A program made the position numbers and the translations under genes. A DNA stretch of 64,000 nucleotides from a virus. Its lineage: Duplodnaviria; Caudoviricetes. Positions 18,991 through 28,206 of the stretch are shown here, in pieces. The notes under the pieces were generated by a model. That model was not told the DNA's origin. It was given only the letters and a program-made list of their open reading frames with translations, and ran no database searches. The stretch's first letter is position 1, and each line of letters begins with the position of its first letter. Location of the stretch: IMG/VR virus record IMGVR_UViG_3300021964_009400; one strand, given 5' to 3'.

Positions 18991-19032
18991 TTTGCTAGTC
19001 TCAATTATTTTTCGTATATTTACATAGTAAAT
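18991..19032 (+). promoter_or_regulatory. Bacteroidota-type promoter, TAGTCTC subclass, with palindrome
   Basis: TTTGCTAGTCTC-N12-TATATTTAC-ATA-GTAAAT. Confidence 0.75.
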
Positions 19033-19546
19033 GAGTGATAATAATAACATTAAAACAAACAATTTGAAGAAAAAAATAGTTTACATTGATATGGATGGGG
19101 TCTTAGTTGATTTCGGTAAAGCAATCGAAGATTGGTTTAAACAACATCCACATTTAGAAGAAAGATACAAATCATTTCCTGACCACATACAAGGATTGTT
19201 CAGAATCGCTCCACCATATAAGGGGGCTATCGAGGCAGTTAAGAAACTACACGAAAGTGGTAAGTATGAATTATTTATTGCCACTTCTGCTCCTTGGGGT
19301 AATCCACAATCACTTACCGATAAAAGATTTTGGTTAGAAGATTACTTCGGTGATATCTTCCACAAAAGATTATTTACTACTCACAGAAAAGATTTATTAA
19401 TGGGAGATTATCTTATTGATGATAGGTTGAAGAATGGTGCTGGTGAGTTTAGTGGAGAGTTATTGAGATTTGGATATGATTGGGAAAACGATAACAAACC
19501 AAACGAATATCCTGATTGGGATTCTATTTTAGATTACTTATTATAA
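19031..19546 (+). CDS. 5'(3')-deoxyribonucleotidase (HAD, NT5C-like)
   Basis: YIDMDGVLVDF, IATS, LIDDR motifs. Confidence 0.9.
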   Translation: MSDNNNIKTNNLKKKIVYIDMDGVLVDFGKAIEDWFKQHPHLEERYKSFPDHIQGLFRIAPPYKGAIEAVKKLHESGKYELFIATSAPWGNPQSLTDKRFWLEDYFGDIFHKRLFTTHRKDLLMGDYLIDDRLKNGAGEFSGELLRFGYDWENDNKPNEYPDWDSILDYLL

Positions 19547-20001
19547 TGAAAGATTTTTTAGATAGTTTAGGAAATTACTTTATAGTTGTATTAATAGTAG
19601 TATTGATGATAATTGCATCTTCGTGTACAACTGAAGATGATGATGTTTTATTAACTCTACCTGCACCAAGTTTAAAACTAAATGGAAACTTAGAACTAGA
19701 TAGTAATGGTTACTATCGTTTAGATTTAAACGAAAATACAAACCAAACAATCCACAGAATAAGTGGCATTGTTCACAATCACCAATACTATGAATCACTT
19801 AAAGTATCTTGGGATAGTAATCTTACTTGGGAATATCAAGGAGAGGTTGTAAGTACATCTAATCAAGCATCTTATGTGGTTGATGGTAAAGTTTATAATG
19901 TAATAGCACCAATCAATACAATGATAGGAGATACTCTTATACTAACAGGTACTATCAGAGAACATTTAGTTACTGATAGTATAAAAATAATACTTGAATG
20001 A
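19546..20001 (+). CDS. lipoprotein
   Basis: Hydrophobic stretch ending IIASSC, then an Ig-like beta-rich region; ATG 19546. Confidence 0.7.
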   Translation: MKDFLDSLGNYFIVVLIVVLMIIASSCTTEDDDVLLTLPAPSLKLNGNLELDSNGYYRLDLNENTNQTIHRISGIVHNHQYYESLKVSWDSNLTWEYQGEVVSTSNQASYVVDGKVYNVIAPINTMIGDTLILTGTIREHLVTDSIKIILE

Positions 20002-20327
20002 GTACTGATATCGAATGGCCATTAACTCCAATTACCGAAGAAACTTTTGAAAGACAAGATTGGGAAAGATATGATGAAGTTGAAATAACAAAAGATGGTA
20101 AAAAAGATAAATACTATTATTTTATGTTACCACTACCAAAAGATAATCCTGATGATAAAGCAGCGTGTTTAGTATCATCAACAAATGATGAGTATGAAGA
20201 TTTTGAGTTTTTAAAAAAAGGAGAATACTTGATTCAACTAGAAGGTACTATGGGGTTGGGAGTTTGTAGGCATGAAGAAGAATTAGCAATATTATATAAA
20301 TCATTAACAAAACAAGATATAGAATGA
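19998..20327 (+). CDS. hypothetical acidic protein
   Basis: 109 aa with ATGA overlaps on both sides. Confidence 0.75.
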   Translation: MSTDIEWPLTPITEETFERQDWERYDEVEITKDGKKDKYYYFMLPLPKDNPDDKAACLVSSTNDEYEDFEFLKKGEYLIQLEGTMGLGVCRHEEELAILYKSLTKQDIE

Positions 20328-20983
20328 GAAAATACACCGCAGAACAATTACAAGAAAACTATAATAAGTTTATAGAGGCACTAAAGAAAGTATTTAGTGG
20401 AGAAAGATTAGAAAAACTTCTTCATATGTACTCTGAAGAAGAATTAGGACAAGAACTTGCAGTAGCACCAGCAAGTGGAAGATTGGCATTTCACTCTGCA
20501 TATGTAGGTGGTTATATTGACCATGTTATGAATGTAGCAAAAAATGCGTATAAGATGAAAAAACTATATGAAGAAGGTGGAGTAAAAATTGATTTTACCG
20601 ATGAAGAATTATTCTTTGCAGCGTTTCATCACGATTTAGGAAAATTAGGAAACGATGAGGGTCCATTATATTTACCTGAAACATCGGATTGGCACAGAAA
20701 AAATCAAGGTAAAGTATTTAAACAAAATACAGATTTAAATTTTATGGATGTTACACATAGGGCATTACATCTACTCGCTAAATATCAAATTCCTTATACT
20801 GAAAAGGAAATGTTAGGAATAATGTTAGCAGATGGGTTATACAATGAAGCAACTAAACCTTACTTTATTTCTTTTAATCCAGATTATGGATTAAAAACTG
20901 ATTTACCATATATCTTACATTGGGCAGACCACATGAGTTGTAGACAAGAAAGAAAAGAATTTGAAGATTCAAAACCTTTCTAA
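20324..20983 (+). CDS. HD-domain phosphohydrolase
   Basis: GGYIDHV, HHDLGK and LHWAD motifs. Confidence 0.85.
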   Translation: MRKYTAEQLQENYNKFIEALKKVFSGERLEKLLHMYSEEELGQELAVAPASGRLAFHSAYVGGYIDHVMNVAKNAYKMKKLYEEGGVKIDFTDEELFFAAFHHDLGKLGNDEGPLYLPETSDWHRKNQGKVFKQNTDLNFMDVTHRALHLLAKYQIPYTEKEMLGIMLADGLYNEATKPYFISFNPDYGLKTDLPYILHWADHMSCRQERKEFEDSKPF

Positions 20984-20984
20984 C

Positions 20985-21056
20985 TGACAAATAGTCATAA
21001 CCAAAAGTGATTATACTGACAAATTGTCATACTTTTGAGATTGGTATAGATTTGGT
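20985..21056 (+). promoter_or_regulatory. tandem TGACA-N3-TGTCA palindromes plus sigma54-like element upstream of Hsp20
   Basis: TGACAAATAGTCA (20985-97) and TGACAAATTGTCA (21017-29), 32 bp apart, then TTGGTATAGATTTGGT (21041-56). Confidence 0.6.
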
Positions 21057-21095
21057 AATATAATATGTAAATGTTTAATTAAAAAAAGGAATATT

Positions 21096-21467
21096 ATGTT
21101 TTACACAATTAATGAAAATTTCGTAGATAACTTTTTTAGAGACATCTACACAACAAAAACAACAAACAAGTTAAACTCATCTTTCGAAGCAGAAGTATTA
21201 GAAGATGGTAAACAACAAGTTATTGTAAACACTATCGGACATAATCCGAAAGATATTACAGTAGATGTTACTGAAGAAGAAATCAAAATCAAATCTAAAA
21301 AAGGAGAAGGAAGTTCTCGTTTTGTAAAAGATATTGATTTGACTCTTACAGTTGGTACTGATTACGATGGTACAAAAACAACTGCAAGTTTTGATAATGG
21401 GTTACTCACTCTCCAAATTGATAAGAAAATAAATAAAAAAGCTAAGTCTTTGAAGATTTCTTATTAA
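21096..21467 (+). CDS. small heat-shock protein (Hsp20/alpha-crystallin)
   Basis: DITVDV..EEIKI and TASFDNGLLTLQI. Confidence 0.85.
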   Translation: MFYTINENFVDNFFRDIYTTKTTNKLNSSFEAEVLEDGKQQVIVNTIGHNPKDITVDVTEEEIKIKSKKGEGSSRFVKDIDLTLTVGTDYDGTKTTASFDNGLLTLQIDKKINKKAKSLKISY

Positions 21468-21489
21468 TATCCATAATCAGAAAAAAAAG

Positions 21490-21519
21490 AAAGGGGGGTT
21501 GTAAAATCTCCCTTTTTTT
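21490..21519 (+). terminator. intrinsic terminator
   Basis: AAAGGGGGGTT-GTAA-AATCTCCCTTT stem-loop with T-run. Confidence 0.8.
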
Positions 21520-21527
21520 ATATCTTA

Positions 21528-21536
21528 ATATTTATA
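21528..21536 (+). promoter_or_regulatory. putative late promoter ATATTTATA
   Basis: Right after the terminator, before ORF 21561. Confidence 0.6.
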
Positions 21537-21560
21537 AGTACACAATAAAATATATCATAT

Positions 21561-21740
21561 ATGAAACCAATATATAAAGATAGAGTTACAAACAACTTAG
21601 AATCTTCTATTACTAAACTAAAAGTAGTAAAGGAGATGGTAACAGGAAAAAGACCTGCTGATTCTAAAATGGCAGATTCGAATCTACAACAAGTAATCAA
21701 AGTACTTGGTGAAATCCAAGAGGTTGTAGAACGAGGATAA
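21561..21740 (+). CDS. hypothetical protein (59 aa, not in ORF track)
   Basis: MKPIYKDRVTNNLESSITKLKVVKEMV...; replaces the antisense ORF 21518..21745. Confidence 0.7.
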   Translation: MKPIYKDRVTNNLESSITKLKVVKEMVTGKRPADSKMADSNLQQVIKVLGEIQEVVERG

Positions 21741-21744
21741 TACA

Positions 21745-22971
21745 ATGAAATTTAGAACTTTACTATTAGGGCTATCGGCACTTTTTGTGGCATTCAATGC
21801 GGCGTTCTTCTCAGTAAGTGGTTTATCGAAACTATTTGCTGGTGCTTCTATATCTGTAATCTTAATGGCAAGTTCATTAGAATTAGCAAAATTAATTACT
21901 GCTGGTTATCTTTACAACTATTGGGAAAAGATAAACAAAGTATTTAGATGGTACCTAGTCACAGGTGTTGTTATACTTGTACTAATTACCTCACTTGGTA
22001 TTTATGGATTCCTTACATCTGCGTTCCAAGATACATTTAATCAATTCTCAGTAAATGAAAAAGAAAAAACATTCTTACAACAAAAAGAAAAGTTCTACTC
22101 TGATGATGTTGCGAGATATGATGAAGAACTTGAAAGAATATCTAATAACATTAGTACTCTTTCCAATGCTAAATCTCAATCAATCCAAGTACGAGACACC
22201 TCGGTGGTTGGAGGCGTTAGAACCACAATATCCACGGCTGAGTTACGCTTGGCACAAAGTAGAATTAATGTGGAAGAAGAAAATAGGAAAGGTGTTCAGG
22301 CGAAAAGAGAAGTAGCAGCTGATTCATTACAATCTATTCAGTTAAAGATTTTAGATTTAGATACAAACTTAGAAGGAGCATCTGAATTAGGACCACTACA
22401 ATACCTAAGTGGATTGACTGGGTATGGAATGGATAAGATTATCAACTGGTTAATTCTAATCATTATCTTTGTGTTTGACCCACTTGCAGTTGCACTTGTA
22501 GTTGCGTTTAACAATGCTATTAAAGTGGATAGGGGTATTGTAGATAAACAGAAAGTAATTCGTAAGAGAGAGTTATATGATGAAGTACCAGATGAAGAAG
22601 AAATTTATGAAGAGGAAGATGAACTCGAAGAAGAAGGTGAATTAGAAGATGAGAAAGTAATTGAAGAAGAAATTAATAAAAATGCAATTCATAAAGCATT
22701 AAAAAAAGAATCTGAAAAAGAAACTATAAATGATGGTTATGATTTAACAGAGGAACAGGTTAACGAATACTATGAAAAAGAAGGTTGGAAACTTCCTTTT
22801 AATGGTAAACCTTACTATACACATCCAAGGTTTGATTGGGAAAGAACAGAAAGATGGGTAAATGATAGAAATGCTATTAACTATTGGATGAAACGAAAAG
22901 GTGGTAGTTCACAAGAGTTAAGACAGTTAAAAGAACAATACCCAACAGATTTTTCAAAAAAAACTTACTAA
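21745..22971 (+). CDS. multi-pass membrane protein with long coiled coil and acidic tail
   Basis: Three N-terminal TMs, coiled coil, a fourth TM (IIFVFDPLAVAL), Glu-rich segment. Confidence 0.75.
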   Translation: MKFRTLLLGLSALFVAFNAAFFSVSGLSKLFAGASISVILMASSLELAKLITAGYLYNYWEKINKVFRWYLVTGVVILVLITSLGIYGFLTSAFQDTFNQFSVNEKEKTFLQQKEKFYSDDVARYDEELERISNNISTLSNAKSQSIQVRDTSVVGGVRTTISTAELRLAQSRINVEEENRKGVQAKREVAADSLQSIQLKILDLDTNLEGASELGPLQYLSGLTGYGMDKIINWLILIIIFVFDPLAVALVVAFNNAIKVDRGIVDKQKVIRKRELYDEVPDEEEIYEEEDELEEEGELEDEKVIEEEINKNAIHKALKKESEKETINDGYDLTEEQVNEYYEKEGWKLPFNGKPYYTHPRFDWERTERWVNDRNAINYWMKRKGGSSQELRQLKEQYPTDFSKKTY

Positions 22972-22974
22972 AAG

Positions 22975-23018
22975 CCATTGTAGTCTCAAATATTTTTCGT
23001 ATATTTACTTTGTAAATA
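22975..23018 (+). promoter_or_regulatory. Bacteroidota-type promoter, TAGTCTC subclass, with palindrome
   Basis: CCATTGTAGTCTC-N12-TATATTTAC-TTT-GTAAATA. Confidence 0.75.
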
Positions 23019-23036
23019 AACTATAAAAGATATAAT

Positions 23037-23984
23037 ATGAATTTAGGTTATGCATGTATTAATATGACTTTAGGTAAACAAAAACCTAAAGTAACCACTA
23101 ATCGTTCAATGATTAAAAGAACCTTCTTAGAGAAGGGTGTAGATTATGCTGGTGAGCTATCTCTCCAAAATGTAAGAGATTTATTTACTATATTAGAATG
23201 GAACAATGAAAATAATATAAAATGTTTCAGAGTATCCTCTGATATATTTCCTTGGGCTTCTGAATATGGTATTGAAAATTCTCCTTACTATTTGAGAATA
23301 AAAACTATACTAAATGCATGTGGTCATTATGCAAAACAACATGGTATTCGTATTACTTCACATCCTGGTCCTTTCAATGTTTTAGTATCTCCTAATCCAA
23401 AAGTTGTTGATAATACAATTACTGATTTAGAGATACATGGTAAAGTATTTGATATGATGGGGTTATCTAAAACTCCATACAACAAACTAAACATTCATTG
23501 TAACGGTGTGTATGGTGATAAGATTTCTGCTATGGATAGATTCTGTAAGAACTTTGAAAAGTTATCAGAATCAGTACAAGGTAGATTGACTGTTGAGAAT
23601 GATGATAAAGCATCTATGTACTCAGTAAAAGATTTGATGTACATACATGAGAGAATTGGTATTCCTATTGTATTCGATTATCATCACCACAAATTCAACA
23701 CAGGTGGTTTAACTGAACAAGAGGCACTTGAATTGGCAATCTCTACATGGCCAAAAGATATCAAACCAATTGTTCATTATTCAGAATCAAAAGCATTACA
23801 CGAAGGTAATGAAAAACTAAAACCACAGGCTCATTCAGATTACATCAATGATTTACCTGATTTGTATGGTAACGATGTAGATGTTATGGTAGAAGCTAAA
23901 GCAAAAGAGTTATCTATACTACCTTTCATTAAATCAAACAGATGTGAATATAGTGGTTTACTAAACACATCAAGTTACGAATGA
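23037..23984 (+). CDS. uvsE: UV-damage endonuclease (UVDE)
   Basis: LGYACIN, FRVSS, HPGPF, TVENDD, VFDYHHH, HYSES, AHSDY, MVEAKAKE. Confidence 0.95.
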   Translation: MNLGYACINMTLGKQKPKVTTNRSMIKRTFLEKGVDYAGELSLQNVRDLFTILEWNNENNIKCFRVSSDIFPWASEYGIENSPYYLRIKTILNACGHYAKQHGIRITSHPGPFNVLVSPNPKVVDNTITDLEIHGKVFDMMGLSKTPYNKLNIHCNGVYGDKISAMDRFCKNFEKLSESVQGRLTVENDDKASMYSVKDLMYIHERIGIPIVFDYHHHKFNTGGLTEQEALELAISTWPKDIKPIVHYSESKALHEGNEKLKPQAHSDYINDLPDLYGNDVDVMVEAKAKELSILPFIKSNRCEYSGLLNTSSYE

Positions 23985-24053
23985 GTGCAAAGAATTGGTT
24001 AGAAAAATTAAAACAAATAAAAAATAAAATAAAAATTAATAAATTTATATAAT

Positions 24054-24296
24054 ATGAATAAATCAGAAATTACAAAAAATTTAAAACAGATTAAAAAGTT
24101 ATTGGAAGAAGAATCTCCAATAATAGCAAAAGAAAGAATTGGTTTTTTAATCAATGATATTGAAAAAGAAAGATTATATAGAAGTAATCAAGGAAGAAGT
24201 GATAGACAAGTTGAAAACAATTACAAAATATTAGTTTGGTCTGTAATCGGTTTGGTTACTGCATTTCTTGTTTCACTACTATTTCCTTGGGTTTAA
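24054..24296 (+). CDS. small protein with C-terminal TM
   Basis: 80 aa, hydrophobic C-terminus. Confidence 0.7.
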   Translation: MNKSEITKNLKQIKKLLEEESPIIAKERIGFLINDIEKERLYRSNQGRSDRQVENNYKILVWSVIGLVTAFLVSLLFPWV

Positions 24297-24305
24297 AAAA
24301 AAGTT

Positions 24306-24536
24306 ATGAAAGATTCAAAAATTATTAAATGGAATATTAAGTGGTTAGTAATATCTACTATCTTAGTATTGGGTGTGGTATTACTTACAAGTTTTAGTAC
24401 AACACAAAAAGAAATTTCGTGGGAACAAAAGTATCATGAAATAAAAAAAGAAAGAGATTATTATAAAAAAGCATCCGAAAAACTCTTAAAAAATTGGAAA
24501 GAGTGTGAAGTAAAAATTATAAAAATCATTGAGTAA
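24306..24536 (+). CDS. TM plus coiled-coil small protein
   Basis: 76 aa. Confidence 0.7.
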   Translation: MKDSKIIKWNIKWLVISTILVLGVVLLTSFSTTQKEISWEQKYHEIKKERDYYKKASEKLLKNWKECEVKIIKIIE

Positions 24537-24744
24537 TATTAACGCAATGCCACAAGTAGTGGTAGTACATAAAAATCCACGAAAGAACGGTAAAGTATTT
24601 TTAGAGGTATTTGAAAATACAAGAGTTGATGATATTATATCAACTGCAAAAAGAAAACCATTAATACCAAAAGAAAACGAAATATTAGATATTGGCGTGG
24701 GAATATCATTTAAAGAAAAATATAAAAAGAAACACAAATTATGA
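24529..24744 (+). CDS. hypothetical protein
   Basis: 71 aa, TTG start, overlapping neighbours. Confidence 0.65.
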   Translation: MSNINAMPQVVVVHKNPRKNGKVFLEVFENTRVDDIISTAKRKPLIPKENEILDIGVGISFKEKYKKKHKL

Positions 24745-24974
24745 AAAAATTAAAATTATTTTGGGAATTATATTATCCAGTAATACTGGCATTTTTATCA
24801 TTCTTATTCTCAGTATCCTTATGGTTTAGCGGGAATGAATTAGAAGGAATATTTGTTGGAATATGGGTTCCATCAATATTGGCTTTTTCAATTGCAATCA
24901 GACAAAGAAGAAATGATTACTTTAGAAAAGAAGCAGCAAAAAAAAGATATTATAATAGAAAAAGAAAGAAATGA
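24741..24974 (+). CDS. 2-TM membrane protein with basic tail
   Basis: GIFVGIWVPSIL helix; K/R-rich C-terminus. Confidence 0.7.
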   Translation: MKKLKLFWELYYPVILAFLSFLFSVSLWFSGNELEGIFVGIWVPSILAFSIAIRQRRNDYFRKEAAKKRYYNRKRKK

Positions 24975-25183
24975 CACTAGGTATTTTTCTATTTGGGTTT
25001 TTCGTATTTTCATTGTATCTAGTTGGATTGCTTACAATGTTAAATAAAGCACACCAACAACAAACAAAAGAATTGCAAAATGATCCTGAATTGAAAGAAT
25101 TTGATTGGAAGGAATATGATAAAAAGATGTTAGAAACACCTAATAAAAAAAGAAAAAGTTATAAAAGAAAACAAAAGACTTGA
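24971..25183 (+). CDS. small membrane protein
   Basis: N-terminal TM, basic tail. Confidence 0.7.
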   Translation: MTLGIFLFGFFVFSLYLVGLLTMLNKAHQQQTKELQNDPELKEFDWKEYDKKMLETPNKKRKSYKRKQKT

Positions 25184-25764
25184 AACAAAAAAAGATTTTA
25201 ATTGTAGTAGGACATCCAAATAAGAAATCATTCTGTTGGAATGGTATCTATAAAACTGCTACAAGACAAATGAGGAAACATAAACAATCATATCGAGTGA
25301 TTGATTTGTACAGAGATTCCTTTTCAAGACCAAGAACAGAGTTGATTAAGAAGTACCAAGATTTGGTAACTTGGTCAACTCACATTTACTTTATATCTCC
25401 TGTATGGTGGTTTAGATTAACACCAAGAATGGAAGTATTCTTTGATGAAGTATTCACACCAGGTTTCGCATACAAGTTTGTAAATATAACTAAACTATAT
25501 GCGTATCCTAAACCATTCCTCAAAGATAAAAAAGTGAGAACTTATATTACACATGGAGCACCCATGTTACCTGTCATAACTCTATATCTTAACTCAGTCA
25601 AACTAAGATTAGTGTTGGGTGTGTTTACCTTTGTATTTGGTTGGAAACCAAGCAGGTGGTTTAAAACAAAACAATTCTGGTCAGTACCATTTGTATCAGA
25701 TAAAAAAAGAAGAACGTATCTTACAACAGTAAAAAATGATATTAGAAAAGATTTAGGACTTTGA
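25180..25764 (+). CDS. flavodoxin-like NAD(P)H dehydrogenase (Flavodoxin_2, KefF/MdaB-like)
   Basis: ILIVVGHPNKKSF, VIDLY, SPVWWF, FFDEVFTPGFAY. Confidence 0.85.
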   Translation: MKQKKILIVVGHPNKKSFCWNGIYKTATRQMRKHKQSYRVIDLYRDSFSRPRTELIKKYQDLVTWSTHIYFISPVWWFRLTPRMEVFFDEVFTPGFAYKFVNITKLYAYPKPFLKDKKVRTYITHGAPMLPVITLYLNSVKLRLVLGVFTFVFGWKPSRWFKTKQFWSVPFVSDKKRRTYLTTVKNDIRKDLGL

Positions 25765-27140
25765 AATTAAGAGAGAATCAAATAGAACCAGTAGCAATTG
25801 GAGTTGAGTTTTTACGAACTCCAAAAATGAAACCATCTATTATTGTGGCACCAACTGCCTTCGGTAAATCGATTGTTATTGCTGCAATTGCAAAAGAACT
25901 TGGTGAAAAAATTCTCGTACTGCAACCATCAAAAGAACTTTTAGAACAAAACTATAATAAGTTTATAACTCTCGGTGGAGAGGCATCTATTTATTCTGCT
26001 TCAATGGGAAGTAAAGAATTGGGTGATGTAACTTATGCAACGATTGGTTCGATAATCAATATTGCGTATAAGTTTAAAGAGATGGGGGTCACTAAGATTA
26101 TAATCGATGAGTGCGACAGATATCCAAGAAACAAATCAGGACAGTTAAGAAGATTTGTAGATGGTATGAAAGCAACTCATGTACTTGGTCTTACTGCAAC
26201 CCCCTTAAAATTACAAACCAACATGGGAGAAACTGGTCCATATTCAAAGTTGGTGATGTTAACAAATCGTTCTAAACATGGAGTATTCTTTAAGTACATA
26301 CTTCATGTTTCTCAGATTCAAGACATTGTTAAGTTGAAATATTGGAGTCCATTAGAATATCAATCTTATGATTTTGATACTGGTGCTTTAGTTTACAATT
26401 CAAGTGGTGCTGAATATACACAAGAATCTATTGCTCGTTCTTATGAGAACCAAAACATTGGTGATAAGATTGTAAAGAAAATTGCAGAAGTACAAGATAG
26501 AAAATCTATACTTGTTGCAGTGCCAACAATAGAACAAGCAACTAATCTTGCAAAACGAATTCCACAAGCAGCGGTTGTACATGGTGGTACACCAACACAA
26601 GAAAGAAAGAGAATCATAGAAGAGTTTAGAAACCAACAGATACGAGTTATCGTACAAGTAAACGTACTAACAGTTGGATTTGATTATCCTGAATTAGATT
26701 GTTTGATTACAGGTAGACCAACCGCATCTATATCTTGGTGGTATCAATTTGTTGGTAGAGGAACTCGTATTCATCCACAAAAAGAAAATTGTTTAGTGGT
26801 TGATTTTGTAGGTTCAGTAGAAAAGTTTGGTAAAGTAGAAGAACTATACTATAAAGATACTGGTGGTGAAGAATGGGAATTGTTCGGAGAAGGTAAGAAA
26901 CAAATCACAGGTATCCCAATGCATGAAATCGGAGTACACTTAGAAGGTGGTATTAACCTTGCAGAGAAAACAAATGAAGATGGTGATATAGAAAAGGTTT
27001 ATATGACCTTTGGAAAATACAAAGGTAAACCAGTTGCATCGGTTCCACCATATTATAGAAAGTGGATGATAGATAATATTACTTGGGGTCCTTGGAATAT
27101 GAAAATAAAAAACGAAATAGAAAGATTATCTAATTTATAA
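25761..27140 (+). CDS. superfamily 2 DEAD/DEAH-box helicase (RadD/YejH/UvsW-like)
   Basis: APTAFGKS, DECD, LTAT, LTVGFDYP, QFVGRGTR; C-terminal MTFGKYKG..VP..Y..W motif. Confidence 0.92.
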   Translation: MKLRENQIEPVAIGVEFLRTPKMKPSIIVAPTAFGKSIVIAAIAKELGEKILVLQPSKELLEQNYNKFITLGGEASIYSASMGSKELGDVTYATIGSIINIAYKFKEMGVTKIIIDECDRYPRNKSGQLRRFVDGMKATHVLGLTATPLKLQTNMGETGPYSKLVMLTNRSKHGVFFKYILHVSQIQDIVKLKYWSPLEYQSYDFDTGALVYNSSGAEYTQESIARSYENQNIGDKIVKKIAEVQDRKSILVAVPTIEQATNLAKRIPQAAVVHGGTPTQERKRIIEEFRNQQIRVIVQVNVLTVGFDYPELDCLITGRPTASISWWYQFVGRGTRIHPQKENCLVVDFVGSVEKFGKVEELYYKDTGGEEWELFGEGKKQITGIPMHEIGVHLEGGINLAEKTNEDGDIEKVYMTFGKYKGKPVASVPPYYRKWMIDNITWGPWNMKIKNEIERLSNL

Positions 27141-27718
27141 TGTATAAGAAGTTTTTGTTTAATGATGATTGTGTTTTAGACCTTAAACTAAATAAGGTAA
27201 TATATAATTTTAATAGTGAGTATGAAGATTATTTAGAATGGAAAAAACAAAATCCAAATCTTGATTATATAATAACCAAAGAAAGAGATGGTAAATTAAA
27301 ATGGAATCAAGGAGTACCTATAAAAAAAGAAAATGAAGAATTGTATTACCAATTAAATGGTAAACTTTTTAGAAAAAAAATATTTGACGAAGGAAAGTTA
27401 GTAAAAGAATTAGAATATTTTACAGAGGACGAGTTAAATTTTGACGCAGAAGTAATCTATAAAGAAACTAAATACGCCAATGAAATAAAAACAGATGAGA
27501 TACGATATTACTATTTTCCAAGAAATGTACAAACTCATATAATTTTTTATCCACCTAGTGATGAATACGAATTATCATATTATAAAAAAGAATTAGATAT
27601 TCAAGGAAAATTAAATAACGAAGTGGAGTGTATAATAAAAAATAATGTTAAGTATTTTAAAGAAACTATTTTTGATGCAATTGGTAATATAAAAAATACA
27701 AAAGAGTGGGAAGAATAA
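27140..27718 (+). CDS. hypothetical protein
   Basis: 192 aa; EYEDYLEW motif and Tyr-rich beta-hairpin-like repeats. Confidence 0.7.
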   Translation: MYKKFLFNDDCVLDLKLNKVIYNFNSEYEDYLEWKKQNPNLDYIITKERDGKLKWNQGVPIKKENEELYYQLNGKLFRKKIFDEGKLVKELEYFTEDELNFDAEVIYKETKYANEIKTDEIRYYYFPRNVQTHIIFYPPSDEYELSYYKKELDIQGKLNNEVECIIKNNVKYFKETIFDAIGNIKNTKEWEE

Positions 27719-28206
27719 GAAAAACTTTTATTGATAAAATTATAAAAGAAAAAAATATTAAGTTTAATAGACCGAAAAATTTTTATGTTTATGTATATAT
27801 AAATGTGGAAAATGGTGAAGGTGTATTTAATATAAACAATAATCTAGAGCGTAATGTGGTAGAAGAATTGGTAGATTATATAAATGAAGTAGAGTATAAA
27901 AATGTTGTACTTATTTGCAGAAGTGAAAAAGAACAATTTTCAGAACCATTTCCAAGTATATCGGAAGTTAAATTTTTAAAAGAAGAAACAAATAAAAATG
28001 TAAAAATTTTTTATCAAGAACCATGGCCTGCAAAAGTTCCTAACTTTATTGAAAGCGATGAAACTTTATTTATAAGGTTTGGATTTGATGAGGGTTGTGA
28101 CTTTGATAAATTATGTGTTTCCTCTCCAACATTTAAAACAAAAAAAGAAGATGGTGAATACTTTTTTTTAATAAACGAAACTAATAGTAAATTATTATAT
28201 GAATAA
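27706..28206 (+). CDS. stand-alone relative of the N-terminal domain of the Hint protein (11393)
   Basis: VPNFIESDETLFIRFGFDEGCDFD aligns with YPESVTDAENKFILRLAYDESAILD; EELVDYINEVEYKNVVLI aligns with TELFDVFTSESIDTVHVI. Confidence 0.5.
   Translation: MGRIRKTFIDKIIKEKNIKFNRPKNFYVYVYINVENGEGVFNINNNLERNVVEELVDYINEVEYKNVVLICRSEKEQFSEPFPSISEVKFLKEETNKNVKIFYQEPWPAKVPNFIESDETLFIRFGFDEGCDFDKLCVSSPTFKTKKEDGEYFFLINETNSKLLYE

Noticed and set aside
22055-22315. Out-of-frame + strand ORFs nested in larger genes (also 59926..60141)
   Set aside because: They are fully inside conserved CDSs, with no initiation signal or recognisable motif.
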